A stretch of DNA of 24,843 nt, taken from contig JBIIGV010000035.1 in NCBI GenBank assembly GCA_044236265.1, positions 1-24,843 of the forward strand. Direction: 5' to 3'. The notes under the pieces were generated by a model, which had not been told where the DNA came from, did no database searches, and saw only the letters and a list, made by a program, of their open reading frames with translations. Source of the DNA: Oligoflexales bacterium (GTDB lineage: Bacteria > Bdellovibrionota_B > Oligoflexia > Oligoflexales > RGVZ01). Position numbers and translations under genes: made by a program. Every line of letters begins with the position of its first letter. Position 1 is the first letter of the stretch. This document shows, in pieces, positions 7,406 to 17,789 of the stretch.

Positions 7406-8266
7406 ATGGCGGATATTGCAGGGTTCAAATGCGCAGGCATCATCGGTGGCGGTCAAATGGGCGCAGGCATTGCTCAGGTCTTCGCAACCTACGGTGTTAA
7501 AACAATTTTGGTGGATATCAATCCCAAGCAGATCGAAACGGCAAAGACAACCATCAGTGGCTCATTGGAAAAGCTGGCCTCGAAGTCCGTGATTACTCAG
7601 GAGCAAAAGTCAGCTGGCCTTAATAACATTAGTTACGCATCAGACCTCAATAGTCTTAAGGACTGTGACATCGTCATCGAAGCCATCGTCGAAAACGAGC
7701 GAATTAAAACCGAGTTGTTTCAATCGCTGGATAAGATTGCAAAACCAAGCTGCATTCTCGCCAGTAATACCTCATCGATACCGATTACACGCCTAGCTGC
7801 GGCAACCAGTCGCCCAGATAAATTTATTGGTATGCACTTTATGAACCCGGTTCCCCTCATGAAACTTGTTGAGATCATCCCAGGCATCGCAACTTCAGAA
7901 GACACAACCAAGCGGATTTTGGACCTTGCAACCGGACTTGGGAAAGAAACATCACGTAGTGCTGATTATCCAGGATTCGTCGTAAACAGAATTCTCATGC
8001 CAATGATTAACGAGGCTTTCAATGCACTCATGGAGGGCGTTGCTACGGCCGAAGATATCGATAAAGGCATGAAGCTAGGAACAAACCAACCAATGGGACC
8101 TTTAACGTTGGCTGATTTTGTCGGACTGGATACCTGCTATGCAATCTTGAAAGTTCTCCACGAAGGCATGGGCGACCCAAGGTATGCTCCGTCTCCTCTT
8201 CTAGCGAAATATGTCGAGGCCGGATGGTACGGGCGTAAAACAAAACGTGGTGTCTACAAATACTAA
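7406..8266 (+). CDS. hbd: 3-hydroxybutyryl-CoA dehydrogenase
   Basis: Rossmann GGGQMGAGIAQ, then IEAIVEN, LASNTSSIPIT, GMHFMNPVPLMKLVE, PGFVVNRIL and PMGPLTLADFVGLD. Start moved to ATG 7406 (GGAG upstream). Confidence 0.95.
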   Translation: MADIAGFKCAGIIGGGQMGAGIAQVFATYGVKTILVDINPKQIETAKTTISGSLEKLASKSVITQEQKSAGLNNISYASDLNSLKDCDIVIEAIVENERIKTELFQSLDKIAKPSCILASNTSSIPITRLAAATSRPDKFIGMHFMNPVPLMKLVEIIPGIATSEDTTKRILDLATGLGKETSRSADYPGFVVNRILMPMINEAFNALMEGVATAEDIDKGMKLGTNQPMGPLTLADFVGLDTCYAILKVLHEGMGDPRYAPSPLLAKYVEAGWYGRKTKRGVYKY

Positions 8267-8312
8267 ACTGACATCTACCGAGCGCAAAAATATCATTTAA
8301 AAGGTAACCACA

Positions 8313-9104
8313 ATGACAGACTACACGACCATTAAGACGACATCAAAAGGCCCAAGGTTTACAATCACCATCAACCGGCCGGACGCACTCAACGCGCTCA
8401 ATGAAACTGTCCTCGAAGAAATCGAGGAAGCGCTTCTCGAAAATCTTGATGCTGATCAACACAGGGTGATAATTTTCGAGGGCGCGGGTGAAAAGGCCTT
8501 CGTAGCTGGTGCAGATATCGCCGGCATGAAGGAGATGACTCCAGACCATGCTCACGAATTCGCGCAGTTGGGGCAGTCGATTGGCAATATTATTGCAACC
8601 CTTCCAGTTGTAACCATCGCCAAGGTACGAGGATTTGCACTCGGTGGTGGGTGTGAGCTTGCCATGGCTTGCGATATGATTGTGGTGGGTAAGTCTGCCC
8701 GTTTCGGCCAGCCAGAGGTAAATCTTGGACTTGTTGCAGGATTTGGAGGCACCCAAAGACTCGTAAAACGCGTCGGTCTCCATCTGGCCATGGACATGCT
8801 TTTGACTGGGAGAGGACGGATGATTTCTGGCGAAGAAGCCTTCCAGGTTGGACTAGCATCGCGCGTGGTCGATGACGATAAATTAGATGCGGAGATTGAT
8901 AAAATTGTCGACGCCATAGTCAAAACCGGTCCTATGGCTGTTGCCGAGACCAAGCGCCTTGTGCGCGATGCTCAACATATGAGTTTGGACGCGGGACTGG
9001 CAGCAGAGGCCGCGGCATTTGCATTATGCTTTAGCCGCGATGAGTCAAAAGAGGGAATCGACGCCTTCCTCAGCAAACGAACGCCAAAGTTTATGCAGGA
9101 TTAA
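8313..9104 (+). CDS. crt: Enoyl-CoA hydratase (crotonase)
   Basis: Motifs INRPDALNALN, KAFVAGADI, GFALGGGCELAMACD and FGQPEVNLG...GFGGTQRL; both catalytic Glu are present; follows hbd. Confidence 0.92.
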   Translation: MTDYTTIKTTSKGPRFTITINRPDALNALNETVLEEIEEALLENLDADQHRVIIFEGAGEKAFVAGADIAGMKEMTPDHAHEFAQLGQSIGNIIATLPVVTIAKVRGFALGGGCELAMACDMIVVGKSARFGQPEVNLGLVAGFGGTQRLVKRVGLHLAMDMLLTGRGRMISGEEAFQVGLASRVVDDDKLDAEIDKIVDAIVKTGPMAVAETKRLVRDAQHMSLDAGLAAEAAAFALCFSRDESKEGIDAFLSKRTPKFMQD

Positions 9105-9107
9105 CGT

Positions 9108-9137
9108 TTGAAAAGCTGCGAAACCCGTGTATAACAT
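9108..9137 (+). promoter_or_regulatory. Possible sigma70 promoter for the Lys-rich gene and mutY
   Basis: TTGAAA (9108-9113) followed by TATAAC at 16 nt or TAACAT at 18 nt. Confidence 0.45.
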
Positions 9138-9191
9138 TAGGGCTGGTCCGATGTCTCGGGCCGCTACTTACTCAGCAGGAGACGTAAAAAC

Positions 9192-9659
9192 ATGAAAGAC
9201 TTTATCAAAAAATTGCAAAAAGATCTTAAGAGCCTTGAGACCGCCATCAAGAAGGACTCTGATGAGCTTGTTAAAAAAGTAAAGTCCTACGCCTCAAAGC
9301 AAAACATCTCTGCTGCCGGTGTGGAAATCGAGAAAGTCCTTGAGAAAAAACTTAAGGAATTTGAGCCCACCATTAACAAGGTCGTTGGCGAGATCAAAAA
9401 GAACGCTGCGAAAGCTGGAATCAATGTTGACCAGGTCGAAACAAAGGTTCGCTCGACGGTGAAAAAAGCTGCTGATTCCGTCAAATCCGCTGCAGAGAAA
9501 CGTGGCTTCAACGTTGAAAAAACGGTGAGCCAGGTTAAAACTGCTGCTAAGAACGCTGCTGAAACCGCCAAGAAGAAAGCTGCACCAGTTGCTGCTAAGG
9601 TCAAAAAAGCCAAAGGCCCAACGTCAAAAGCTGCAACAAGAAGAAAGCCAAAAGCCTGA
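9192..9659 (+). CDS. Lys/Ala-rich amphipathic helical protein with a histone-H1-like tail (phasin/PhaF-like architecture)
   Basis: AGGAG RBS; amphipathic helical repeats; basic tail KKKAAPVAAKVKKAKGPTSKAATRRKPKA. The CDS is confident; the function is inferred. Confidence 0.7.
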   Translation: MKDFIKKLQKDLKSLETAIKKDSDELVKKVKSYASKQNISAAGVEIEKVLEKKLKEFEPTINKVVGEIKKNAAKAGINVDQVETKVRSTVKKAADSVKSAAEKRGFNVEKTVSQVKTAAKNAAETAKKKAAPVAAKVKKAKGPTSKAATRRKPKA

Positions 9660-9673
9660 TCTAGTCGAGGCAA

Positions 9674-10777
9674 GTGGTTGTGAAGAACTCTAAAGAGCCA
9701 TTGATTCCGAGGGATTTCAATGGCTCTTTTTTTCATAAAAACCTCAAATCATGGTATGAGCGTTACGAACGCCCACTGCCTTGGCGCGTACTTTGGAAAA
9801 AACACCGCGACCCTTGGCACATATGGGTCAGCGAAATTATGCTTCAACAGACAGTCATTAAGGCTGTCATTCCCGTATACGAACGATTTATCAAACGCTT
9901 CCCGACCTTTGAGGCCCTAGCTGCAGCTAACTCTGAAGAAATCCGCCTTGAGGTCCGCGGATTGGGATACTATCGGCGATTTGATCTACTTCACCGTGCT
10001 TGCATGGAACTCGCAAGAGATGGCCGCGGGTTACCCCAAAAACACCATAAATGGCTGGAGCTTCCGGGAATTGGCACGTACACAGCGGCAGCGATCGCCT
10101 CTATTACGAAAGATGAACCATTCGGTGTTGTTGATGGAAACGTCGAGCGCGTCCTTTGTCGATTGCTGGATATCAGGCTCGAACCAAATCTGCCGCACCT
10201 CAAAAAACACTTCAAACAATTGATGGATCAAGCCTGCTCTCGAGGGTACTCAGGTACCGTCAATCAGGCCGTTATGGAACTTGGTCAGACAATCTGCACG
10301 CCAACAAATCCTGCCTGCAACCTATGTCCGATTAATAAAATGTGTAGCGCTTTCAAGGAGAACTCTCAGCACCTTGCTCCAGCACCAAAATCGAAGCCTC
10401 AGCTCATTGATGTTGAAATGCAACTTAGCATCGTAGCTCATCGAAAGAAGATTTTGCTTTGCAGAAGGCCTGACGATGCCAAATTTCTGAAGGGGACATG
10501 GGGATTTTTTACAGCCATTCGATCTCGTCAAGAATTCCATTATGACGGTCAGCAACAGTACGGCCTGAAACTCTCGAATAAGAAAGAGGTTGGGCGCGTG
10601 AAGCATTCAATCACTAAACACAAGATTATGGCGACCGTGCAGGCCCTGGAGACCTCCAAGTTACCAAAGACTGAGTTGATTCGTAGCGTTGATCCAAGAG
10701 ATGTCGAGGAAAATCTGGTAAGCAACCTTGATCGCAAAGCGTGGGTTTTACTTCAAAAAAAACTCAATCTTGATTAA
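9674..10777 (+). CDS. mutY: A/G-specific adenine DNA glycosylase
   Basis: Motifs RPLPWR, IWVSEIMLQQT, GLGYYRR, HhH LPGIGTYTAAAI, VDGNVERV and NQAVMELG; [4Fe-4S] motif C-x6-C-x2-C-x5-C; C-terminal NUDIX-like domain (VKHSITKH). Confidence 0.95.
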   Translation: MVVKNSKEPLIPRDFNGSFFHKNLKSWYERYERPLPWRVLWKKHRDPWHIWVSEIMLQQTVIKAVIPVYERFIKRFPTFEALAAANSEEIRLEVRGLGYYRRFDLLHRACMELARDGRGLPQKHHKWLELPGIGTYTAAAIASITKDEPFGVVDGNVERVLCRLLDIRLEPNLPHLKKHFKQLMDQACSRGYSGTVNQAVMELGQTICTPTNPACNLCPINKMCSAFKENSQHLAPAPKSKPQLIDVEMQLSIVAHRKKILLCRRPDDAKFLKGTWGFFTAIRSRQEFHYDGQQQYGLKLSNKKEVGRVKHSITKHKIMATVQALETSKLPKTELIRSVDPRDVEENLVSNLDRKAWVLLQKKLNLD

Positions 10778-10826
10778 ATACCAAAAATCAAGGTTCGACG
10801 TTCGCGAACTTCCCCCATCCTAGCGT

Positions 10827-10853
10827 TCACAATAATCCCAAAAAGCCCGATAA
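10827..10853 (+). promoter_or_regulatory. Possible sigma28 (FliA)-type promoter for the sensor kinase
   Basis: TCAC-N15-CCCGATAA compared with consensus TAAA-N15-GCCGATAA; 33 nt upstream of the ATG. Confidence 0.3.
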
Positions 10854-10886
10854 CACGGCCAAAAGTATTCCGATCGGGAGATAATC

Positions 10887-12809
10887 ATGCGCGCTCTAGG
10901 ATTTATACTCTTGGCTACAATCACGAGTCAAATCGCTCTCGCAGCAGAGCCATTGCTGATACAGACAAACGAAACTCCAAGCAAAATTCTACCATCTCGA
11001 AACTTTGAATTTTTTAACACAAAACAAGAAATGTATGCAAAGGACTGGCGCACTTTTGCATGGTCCGACGCAAAGTCGACAGGCTTTCAAACAAAAGAAG
11101 ATATTCATCATCACTGGATCAAGTTCTCAGTCACTAATGCAACCAGCACTGACCATAGCAGCATTCTCTACCACGCCTCCAACTTGACACTCGAGATCAT
11201 GAACGTTTTCGTGCAACAAGGTGAAAATCTGATTGAATTGGGAAAGTCTGGTGCCAATCTACCCGTTCAAGAGCGAAGCGTTAAACAGCGACTCATCGGC
11301 GTACCGCTAAAAATCCCCGCAGGACAGACTGTTGATCTGGTTGTCTATTCCTTTACCACGAGGCCTTTTAAGCCTGATTTTGCCATCACATCCGAGGACG
11401 ACTTTAATGATTACATCCAGTCAAGAAATCTCCTTAATGGATTTTGTATGGGAATTTTGTTCATCGTATGCATGATTGCTTCTGTATTCGCATTCAGGCT
11501 CAAGGATAGATCCTATGGATGGTTTGCTTTAATGGCGCTGTCCATGATCGCGTTGCTCAACGTGAGTTTTGGATACCGTGATGCATCCTCTCTTCTACGC
11601 TTGATCCCGTTTACGTCCTCCGAGATCGGAAAGTTTGTCAGGCCTCTTGTGACGATCATGGTTCTTAGTCATACAGCAGTGTTTTTATCTCTGCGAGCAG
11701 TATCACCCAATCTTTATGTGTGGTTTCAGGCCACCATGGTCAGCCTAGGAACACTTATATTTCTAAGCTTTACTCCTCAGGTTTCAAATTTTGCCGTATC
11801 TGGAGCTGACCGCCTTATTTTCCTCGGCATGATACTTATGGTCATAGCCTCCTTTAAAGCCTGGCGTCAAAAAATTCCTCAGGCGGGGTATTTTCTGCTG
11901 GCAACAACAAGTCTGATATTGTCGGTTATACCATGGCTTATCGTGCAGGTTTTCACACTTAGTGTACCGCGATTTGCCATCGACTTTGTTCCCATCGGTC
12001 AAGCAACACAGATGTGCTTCTTGACGCTTGGCCTTATGTCCAAAGTGCGATCCATCGATGAAGCGAGGACAAAAGCTGAAATTGAAGCCGGTAAAAATGA
12101 AGAATTGAAATCATTAGTTCGCGCACTGAGTCACGACCTTAGCAACCCTATTTCTGTGGTTTTTGCTTATGCTCAAAAGGGCATATCCAAATGCTACGAT
12201 CACAAAATACCCGAGGTTTCCCAGTACTTTGAGAAAATCCTGAAGTCTGCCGAGAACCAGCTTAGCATCATTGAGCATATCAAGGCGATGCGCGCAATTC
12301 AGGATGGTAAGTTCAAAGTAGAATTGAGCAAGGTCTCTCTTTTAACTGTGATGAAGCAAGTTGAGGCCTCGTTTGAGGTACCTTTACAAGACAAAAAGCT
12401 CAAACTGGCCTATGACGCAAAATCAATTGAAGATCTTCATGTTTTAGCCGAGCCGTTAAGTTTACATCACAATGTCATTAGCAATTTAATAAGCAATGCA
12501 ATCAAGTTCAGCCACCCTGGAAGTAGCATCGAAATTCTAGTGAGCGCGAGCGATGACCGCATCTCTATCACTGTTGCGGACCATGGTATCGGGATTCCAA
12601 AGGAGATGATCGTCAATTTATTTCGCGCCGATAAGCAAACATCTCGCCCCGGCACGAGCGGAGAACGTGGAACAGGCTATGGAATGCCGTTGGTGCAGTC
12701 CTATGTTCAAAAATTCGGTGGGGATGTTTCAGTGCAAAGCGTCACTGAAGCGGAATCACCCGAGCGCCAAGGCACTCGGGTGACAATATCTCTTAAAAAA
12801 GCAGCATAA
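10887..12809 (+). CDS. 7TM-DISM-type membrane sensor histidine kinase
   Basis: Signal peptide; periplasmic DISMED2-like domain (HHWIKF); about seven TM helices; H-box LSHDLSNP, N-box NLISNAIKFS, G1 DHGIGI, G2 GTGYGM. No receiver domain. Confidence 0.9.
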   Translation: MRALGFILLATITSQIALAAEPLLIQTNETPSKILPSRNFEFFNTKQEMYAKDWRTFAWSDAKSTGFQTKEDIHHHWIKFSVTNATSTDHSSILYHASNLTLEIMNVFVQQGENLIELGKSGANLPVQERSVKQRLIGVPLKIPAGQTVDLVVYSFTTRPFKPDFAITSEDDFNDYIQSRNLLNGFCMGILFIVCMIASVFAFRLKDRSYGWFALMALSMIALLNVSFGYRDASSLLRLIPFTSSEIGKFVRPLVTIMVLSHTAVFLSLRAVSPNLYVWFQATMVSLGTLIFLSFTPQVSNFAVSGADRLIFLGMILMVIASFKAWRQKIPQAGYFLLATTSLILSVIPWLIVQVFTLSVPRFAIDFVPIGQATQMCFLTLGLMSKVRSIDEARTKAEIEAGKNEELKSLVRALSHDLSNPISVVFAYAQKGISKCYDHKIPEVSQYFEKILKSAENQLSIIEHIKAMRAIQDGKFKVELSKVSLLTVMKQVEASFEVPLQDKKLKLAYDAKSIEDLHVLAEPLSLHHNVISNLISNAIKFSHPGSSIEILVSASDDRISITVADHGIGIPKEMIVNLFRADKQTSRPGTSGERGTGYGMPLVQSYVQKFGGDVSVQSVTEAESPERQGTRVTISLKKAA

Positions 12810-12821
12810 GGCAGCGAACGA

Positions 12822-13466
12822 TTATCGTCTGAGGTCAAACCCAGCCTTAGCACTCATTCCCTGAACGATTCCAGAAAGATCAAGCTTTACGGCACCCAAC
12901 ACAGGAACGCCGGCAAAGATATGACCACGAATCTTTAGATCTTCGATGGGTGGCTTATTCATCGTCATTGGGTCAATACCAACGGATGCATACAATAGTC
13001 TTGCAATGTCAGAGTTTTCGGGAATTTTTACATCGTAAATCAGTATCTTGTCGCAGTGGGGATAAACACCGCCATCAAGATTACGCGCGTCAGCATAACC
13101 TTCATGACGGATTTTATAGTCGGGCGTTTCAAAGGTTCCACGCTCACGCAGGTTCACAATGAACTGCTCATCGAAAAACTCCTCGCCGAAGGCCCATTTC
13201 GCAGTGCCTTTCTGACGACCATAGAACTGAACAACAAAATCATAGTCCAGATTAACGTTATAGCTTGGACCATTTTCATGGTCAGGAATAAATTCAGTAA
13301 CAGTGGCAAGTGCCGTACCAGACTGAATCATGCTCGTTGTGCGAGCGCCGTTGCGATCGAGTTGGTAATTTGCAGTCTCACCAATTGGATTCCGGCCAGC
13401 AAAAGACTGGGATGACAATCCAACTGACAAAGCTACTGTCAGTCCTAAAATAAATTGACGCATCAT
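12822..13466 (-). CDS. Secreted hypothetical protein (beta-rich)
   Basis: Sec signal peptide ending in SFA; strong RBS (GGGAGGGGGAG); no family recognised. Confidence 0.8.
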   Translation of the reverse strand: MMRQFILGLTVALSVGLSSQSFAGRNPIGETANYQLDRNGARTTSMIQSGTALATVTEFIPDHENGPSYNVNLDYDFVVQFYGRQKGTAKWAFGEEFFDEQFIVNLRERGTFETPDYKIRHEGYADARNLDGGVYPHCDKILIYDVKIPENSDIARLLYASVGIDPMTMNKPPIEDLKIRGHIFAGVPVLGAVKLDLSGIVQGMSAKAGFDLRR

Positions 13467-13514
13467 GAGACTCCCCCTCCCTGGTTGATCATTTCAATAA
13501 GTTTTTAACGCTTA

Positions 13515-13523
13515 ATTATACCA
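13515..13523 (-). promoter_or_regulatory. Extended -10 promoter for the secreted hypothetical gene
   Basis: Minus strand TG-G-TATAAT, a perfect extended -10, immediately after the trpS stop and about 49 nt upstream of the ATG. Confidence 0.6.
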
Positions 13524-13525
13524 GA

Positions 13526-14524
13526 CTAATATGGCGCAAATCCAATCGCCCCATAGACCGCTTTTAGGGTCGCCTCAGCCTTAGTTGCCGCACGGTCAGC
13601 GCCTTCCCGCAGAATGCGCTGCAGCTCGCCCTTGTCAGCAAGGTATTGTTGAGTACGTTCCTGCAATGGGCGGAGCTCGTCAGCCACTATTGTCGCCGTC
13701 TCGAGCTTCAAATGTCCATACATCTTGCCGGAGTAAGATTTCACGAGGTCATCTATCGAGCGTCCAGTGATCGCGCTTTGGATATCGAGCAAATTACGAA
13801 TACCCGGCTTCTCAGGCGCATAAGTGACTTCCGTTCCGGAGTCTGTCACAGCTCTTTTGAATTTCTTCTCAATTTCTTTTGGAGGATCACTTAAAAATAC
13901 CGCACCGAGCTCAGATGAAACACTTTTACTCATCTTACTTTCAGGATCCTGTAGGTCCATGATTCGTGCACCGACCTTCGGAATATAGGGATCTGGCACT
14001 TTAAAAAGTGGCCCATAAATATTATTCATTCTGATGGCTACGTCTCGTGTGAGCTCCAGGTGCTGTTTCTGATCAGCGCCCACTGGAACTAAATCAGTCT
14101 GATAGAGTAAAATATCGGCCGCCATTAAAACTGGATATGTAAATAGCCCCACAGGAATTGTTTCGCCAGCACGACTACTTTTGTCCTTGAACTGGGTCAT
14201 CCGACCCAACTCGCCCATGTAGCTAAAGCAGTTCAAAATCCAAGCGAGCTCAGCGTGCTGTCTCACATGGCTTTGAGCAAAAATCGTCGCATGATCAAGA
14301 TTAATTCCTGCGGCAAGGTAAGTCGCTAGAGCAAACAAAGTGTTATCAGCCAGCTCCTTTGGCTCCTGTCGACTGGTAATTGCATGCAGATCTACGGCAA
14401 AAAAATAGCATTCATACTCGTTCTGAAGGCGGACCCAATTTTTTAGCGCTCCGAGATAGTTGCCTAGAGTGAGCTTATTGGTGGGCTGAATTCCGGAGAC
14501 CATGATCTTTTTGGCGGACGTCAT
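13526..14524 (-). CDS. trpS: Tryptophanyl-tRNA synthetase
   Basis: SGIQPT, HIGH-equivalent TLGN, YPVLMAADILLY, VPVGADQKQHLEL and KMSKS. Start moved to ATG 14524 (GAGGA 5 nt upstream). Confidence 0.97.
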   Translation of the reverse strand: MTSAKKIMVSGIQPTNKLTLGNYLGALKNWVRLQNEYECYFFAVDLHAITSRQEPKELADNTLFALATYLAAGINLDHATIFAQSHVRQHAELAWILNCFSYMGELGRMTQFKDKSSRAGETIPVGLFTYPVLMAADILLYQTDLVPVGADQKQHLELTRDVAIRMNNIYGPLFKVPDPYIPKVGARIMDLQDPESKMSKSVSSELGAVFLSDPPKEIEKKFKRAVTDSGTEVTYAPEKPGIRNLLDIQSAITGRSIDDLVKSYSGKMYGHLKLETATIVADELRPLQERTQQYLADKGELQRILREGADRAATKAEATLKAVYGAIGFAPY

Positions 14525-14587
14525 CAGATTCCTCATTTAACAAGGACGCAAACCACAATTCGTCTGCTTAAAGAATAACACGGGCCA

Positions 14588-15304
14588 CTACATGCCGCCA
14601 GACCGAGTTTCTAGCCAAGCAATAAAAGGAACTGCGAGGAGTCCAGCGGATCCTATCGTAAACAGAAAAATCTCCAGTCCCATCGCCGCCAGCGGCAAAC
14701 GCTCTAAGTCCCGGCGTAAGGATGTTAAATGCTCTCCTAACGCGTCCATATAGATTCGACGTCGCATATGAAGGGAGTCTGCACCAAAACGAATTTCTGC
14801 CGTCTTTGCAGCGCGCAGTTTGGCGCGCATTCCCAAGTTGCCGAGCGCATCGGGACTCAAGGTGACATAGCAGCAAAACCATGAATGCAGAAAGATCCGC
14901 GACCTCGACAAAGTGCCTTGAGTTTGATCATAGCGATATAAAACAAATAATAAACAAACCAAAATCAGAAACATGGTTATCCATGCCACGCGGTCGATAT
15001 CAATCCAGTCCTGCCAAGAGATATCTGGAGTTAATGTCAGCAGGATCAGACGCACGCTGCAAACCATGAGCAAGATGACAATAGCTCGCAAAAATAAACC
15101 CTGCCGCACAGATTGGTACTGACTAGTCAAACGATGACAGGTACTCATATCTGATAAGGCATCACGCACCATACCCGCAACATCGATCCCGGCCCTCTCC
15201 CCGGCAAGAAGCGACTCAATCACCGGGTGCCCCCGCTGACGACGCAAACAGAGATCGCCCTCATTAAGATAGTCATAAGCCCAACTCTGGATCGACTTTT
15301 CCAT
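14588..15304 (-). CDS. Three-TM membrane protein, possibly a divergent T2SSF/TadB-TadC-like platform protein
   Basis: Three hydrophobic segments; GERAG and AEIRFG...RLP motifs each precede a TM helix. The CDS is likely; the family is tentative. Confidence 0.5.
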   Translation of the reverse strand: MEKSIQSWAYDYLNEGDLCLRRQRGHPVIESLLAGERAGIDVAGMVRDALSDMSTCHRLTSQYQSVRQGLFLRAIVILLMVCSVRLILLTLTPDISWQDWIDIDRVAWITMFLILVCLLFVLYRYDQTQGTLSRSRIFLHSWFCCYVTLSPDALGNLGMRAKLRAAKTAEIRFGADSLHMRRRIYMDALGEHLTSLRRDLERLPLAAMGLEIFLFTIGSAGLLAVPFIAWLETRSGGM

Positions 15305-15363
15305 GATTGGATGGATACAAAGAAATCATCTGCGTCCGCCACCCACAAACCAAAAGGCAGAGA

Positions 15364-16623
15364 TTATCGGGTAAACCAATCAATATTAGGCTGTGGTGGA
15401 CAGTACTGGCGAGTAAACTTGTGATTTACGACTTGGCACGGCACTGCACGAATTTGCGGTGGGCCGTAAGGACTCGTTGCTTCGTAGAAAAAACACATAC
15501 CTTGAGACCTGGCAACGACCATCACACTGTGGTCCTGAGTTGTAAGAATGCACCCTGGAATTAATTGCTTGCCACTGTAATAGGTTGGTTGGGGCTTTAA
15601 GTTCTTGAGTGCCAACTTTTTTTCCCAGCAGTTTACACACATACCGTCGATAAATACGGAAAGCTCGAGAGACTCAGTCTTACAATCTTCGACCCAGAGC
15701 GCGACTCGCCCGCAATCGGACTCAGAGCAGCCATCATATGTCATATTTATCATGACACCACCGGGTGACATGGGTATGTCACTAATCGGTCGACTGGCAT
15801 GCTCTTTAAAAAACCTCGAAACCTGAGCCTCACAGCGAGCTTGATTGGCTAGCCTTGCATGTTGGACCGTCTCCAAGCGTAAATCATCCAAAACTCCACC
15901 GGCGGCAGCCTGCGCAACACCGTGACAGTTAGGGGGACCATAGGTGATCCTATTAGATGATTGATTCCCAGTTAACTCAGAGACGTAGGAGTAATTATAA
16001 AGCAGATTCGCTCGAGTAGGGTCCTTGATACCATGAATCCTTTGAATTCGCTCGGAGCACAGGATGATCTGCTGCTGTGGTTTACTATCGCTTAGACCAA
16101 AATCTTGCGGCTTGATGGATTTGCCTTCACAACCACGAGCAACAAAACAACCTTCACTGGTCATACTCGTGATTTCAAAACAAGGATCAATTTGCTTCTC
16201 AGCTAATACGGCCAACAATTCACGCCTGCGAGCTGCATCGCCGCCGCGACAAGCATCCATCAGAGTCTCCAGGTAGCGACTTTGGGCGCCGAGCGTCAAT
16301 CTCTGGAGACACTTACTTGCTGAATCCCCCCGCCCCAGGAAGTCCTTTGGCCAATTCGATTCCATTCGGGCCATCATGCGAACGGACCAACTCTTAACTT
16401 GGTCAGAGGAACCCAAACAGGCTCCTAGTTCTTTTTGAATATCTGCTAAATAATCAGTGTCAGCCGTCACACTGTCCCGACGACAGGCTTCTTCCAAGGC
16501 CGCGGACGTTTCCATGCTAAGGAGCTCGGACAGCTGACCCTGCGAAGAATGGCGACATGCGCAAAGAAGCTCAAGCAAGGCGAGAATGACTATTTTTATT
16601 TTATTTTGTCTGAAGTTCATCAT
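15364..16623 (-). CDS. Cys-rich lipoprotein with a probable papain-like (NlpC/P60-type) C-terminal domain
   Basis: Start moved to ATG 16623, 7 nt after the tgt stop, giving signal peptide with lipobox LCA-C. About 20 Cys; GPPNCHG ... DHSVMV ... FFYE. Confidence 0.6.
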   Translation of the reverse strand: MMNFRQNKIKIVILALLELLCACRHSSQGQLSELLSMETSAALEEACRRDSVTADTDYLADIQKELGACLGSSDQVKSWSVRMMARMESNWPKDFLGRGDSASKCLQRLTLGAQSRYLETLMDACRGGDAARRRELLAVLAEKQIDPCFEITSMTSEGCFVARGCEGKSIKPQDFGLSDSKPQQQIILCSERIQRIHGIKDPTRANLLYNYSYVSELTGNQSSNRITYGPPNCHGVAQAAAGGVLDDLRLETVQHARLANQARCEAQVSRFFKEHASRPISDIPMSPGGVMINMTYDGCSESDCGRVALWVEDCKTESLELSVFIDGMCVNCWEKKLALKNLKPQPTYYSGKQLIPGCILTTQDHSVMVVARSQGMCFFYEATSPYGPPQIRAVPCQVVNHKFTRQYCPPQPNIDWFTR

Positions 16624-16630
16624 GCGAGTT

Positions 16631-17761
<1,131 letters not shown>

Positions 17762-17789
17762 TTAAAACTCCGACCAGCAAAGGCTGCAA

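Noticed and set aside
8343..9736. Long antisense ORFs over crt and the Lys-rich gene (8343-8783, 8552-8953, 8590-8859, 9287-9736)
   Set aside because: They overlap confident genes on the opposite strand, show no motifs, and are explained by codon bias of the sense genes.
12847..12855. CIRCE half-site TTAGCACTC
   Set aside because: It lies inside a coding region, has no second arm after 9 nt, and is far from clpB.
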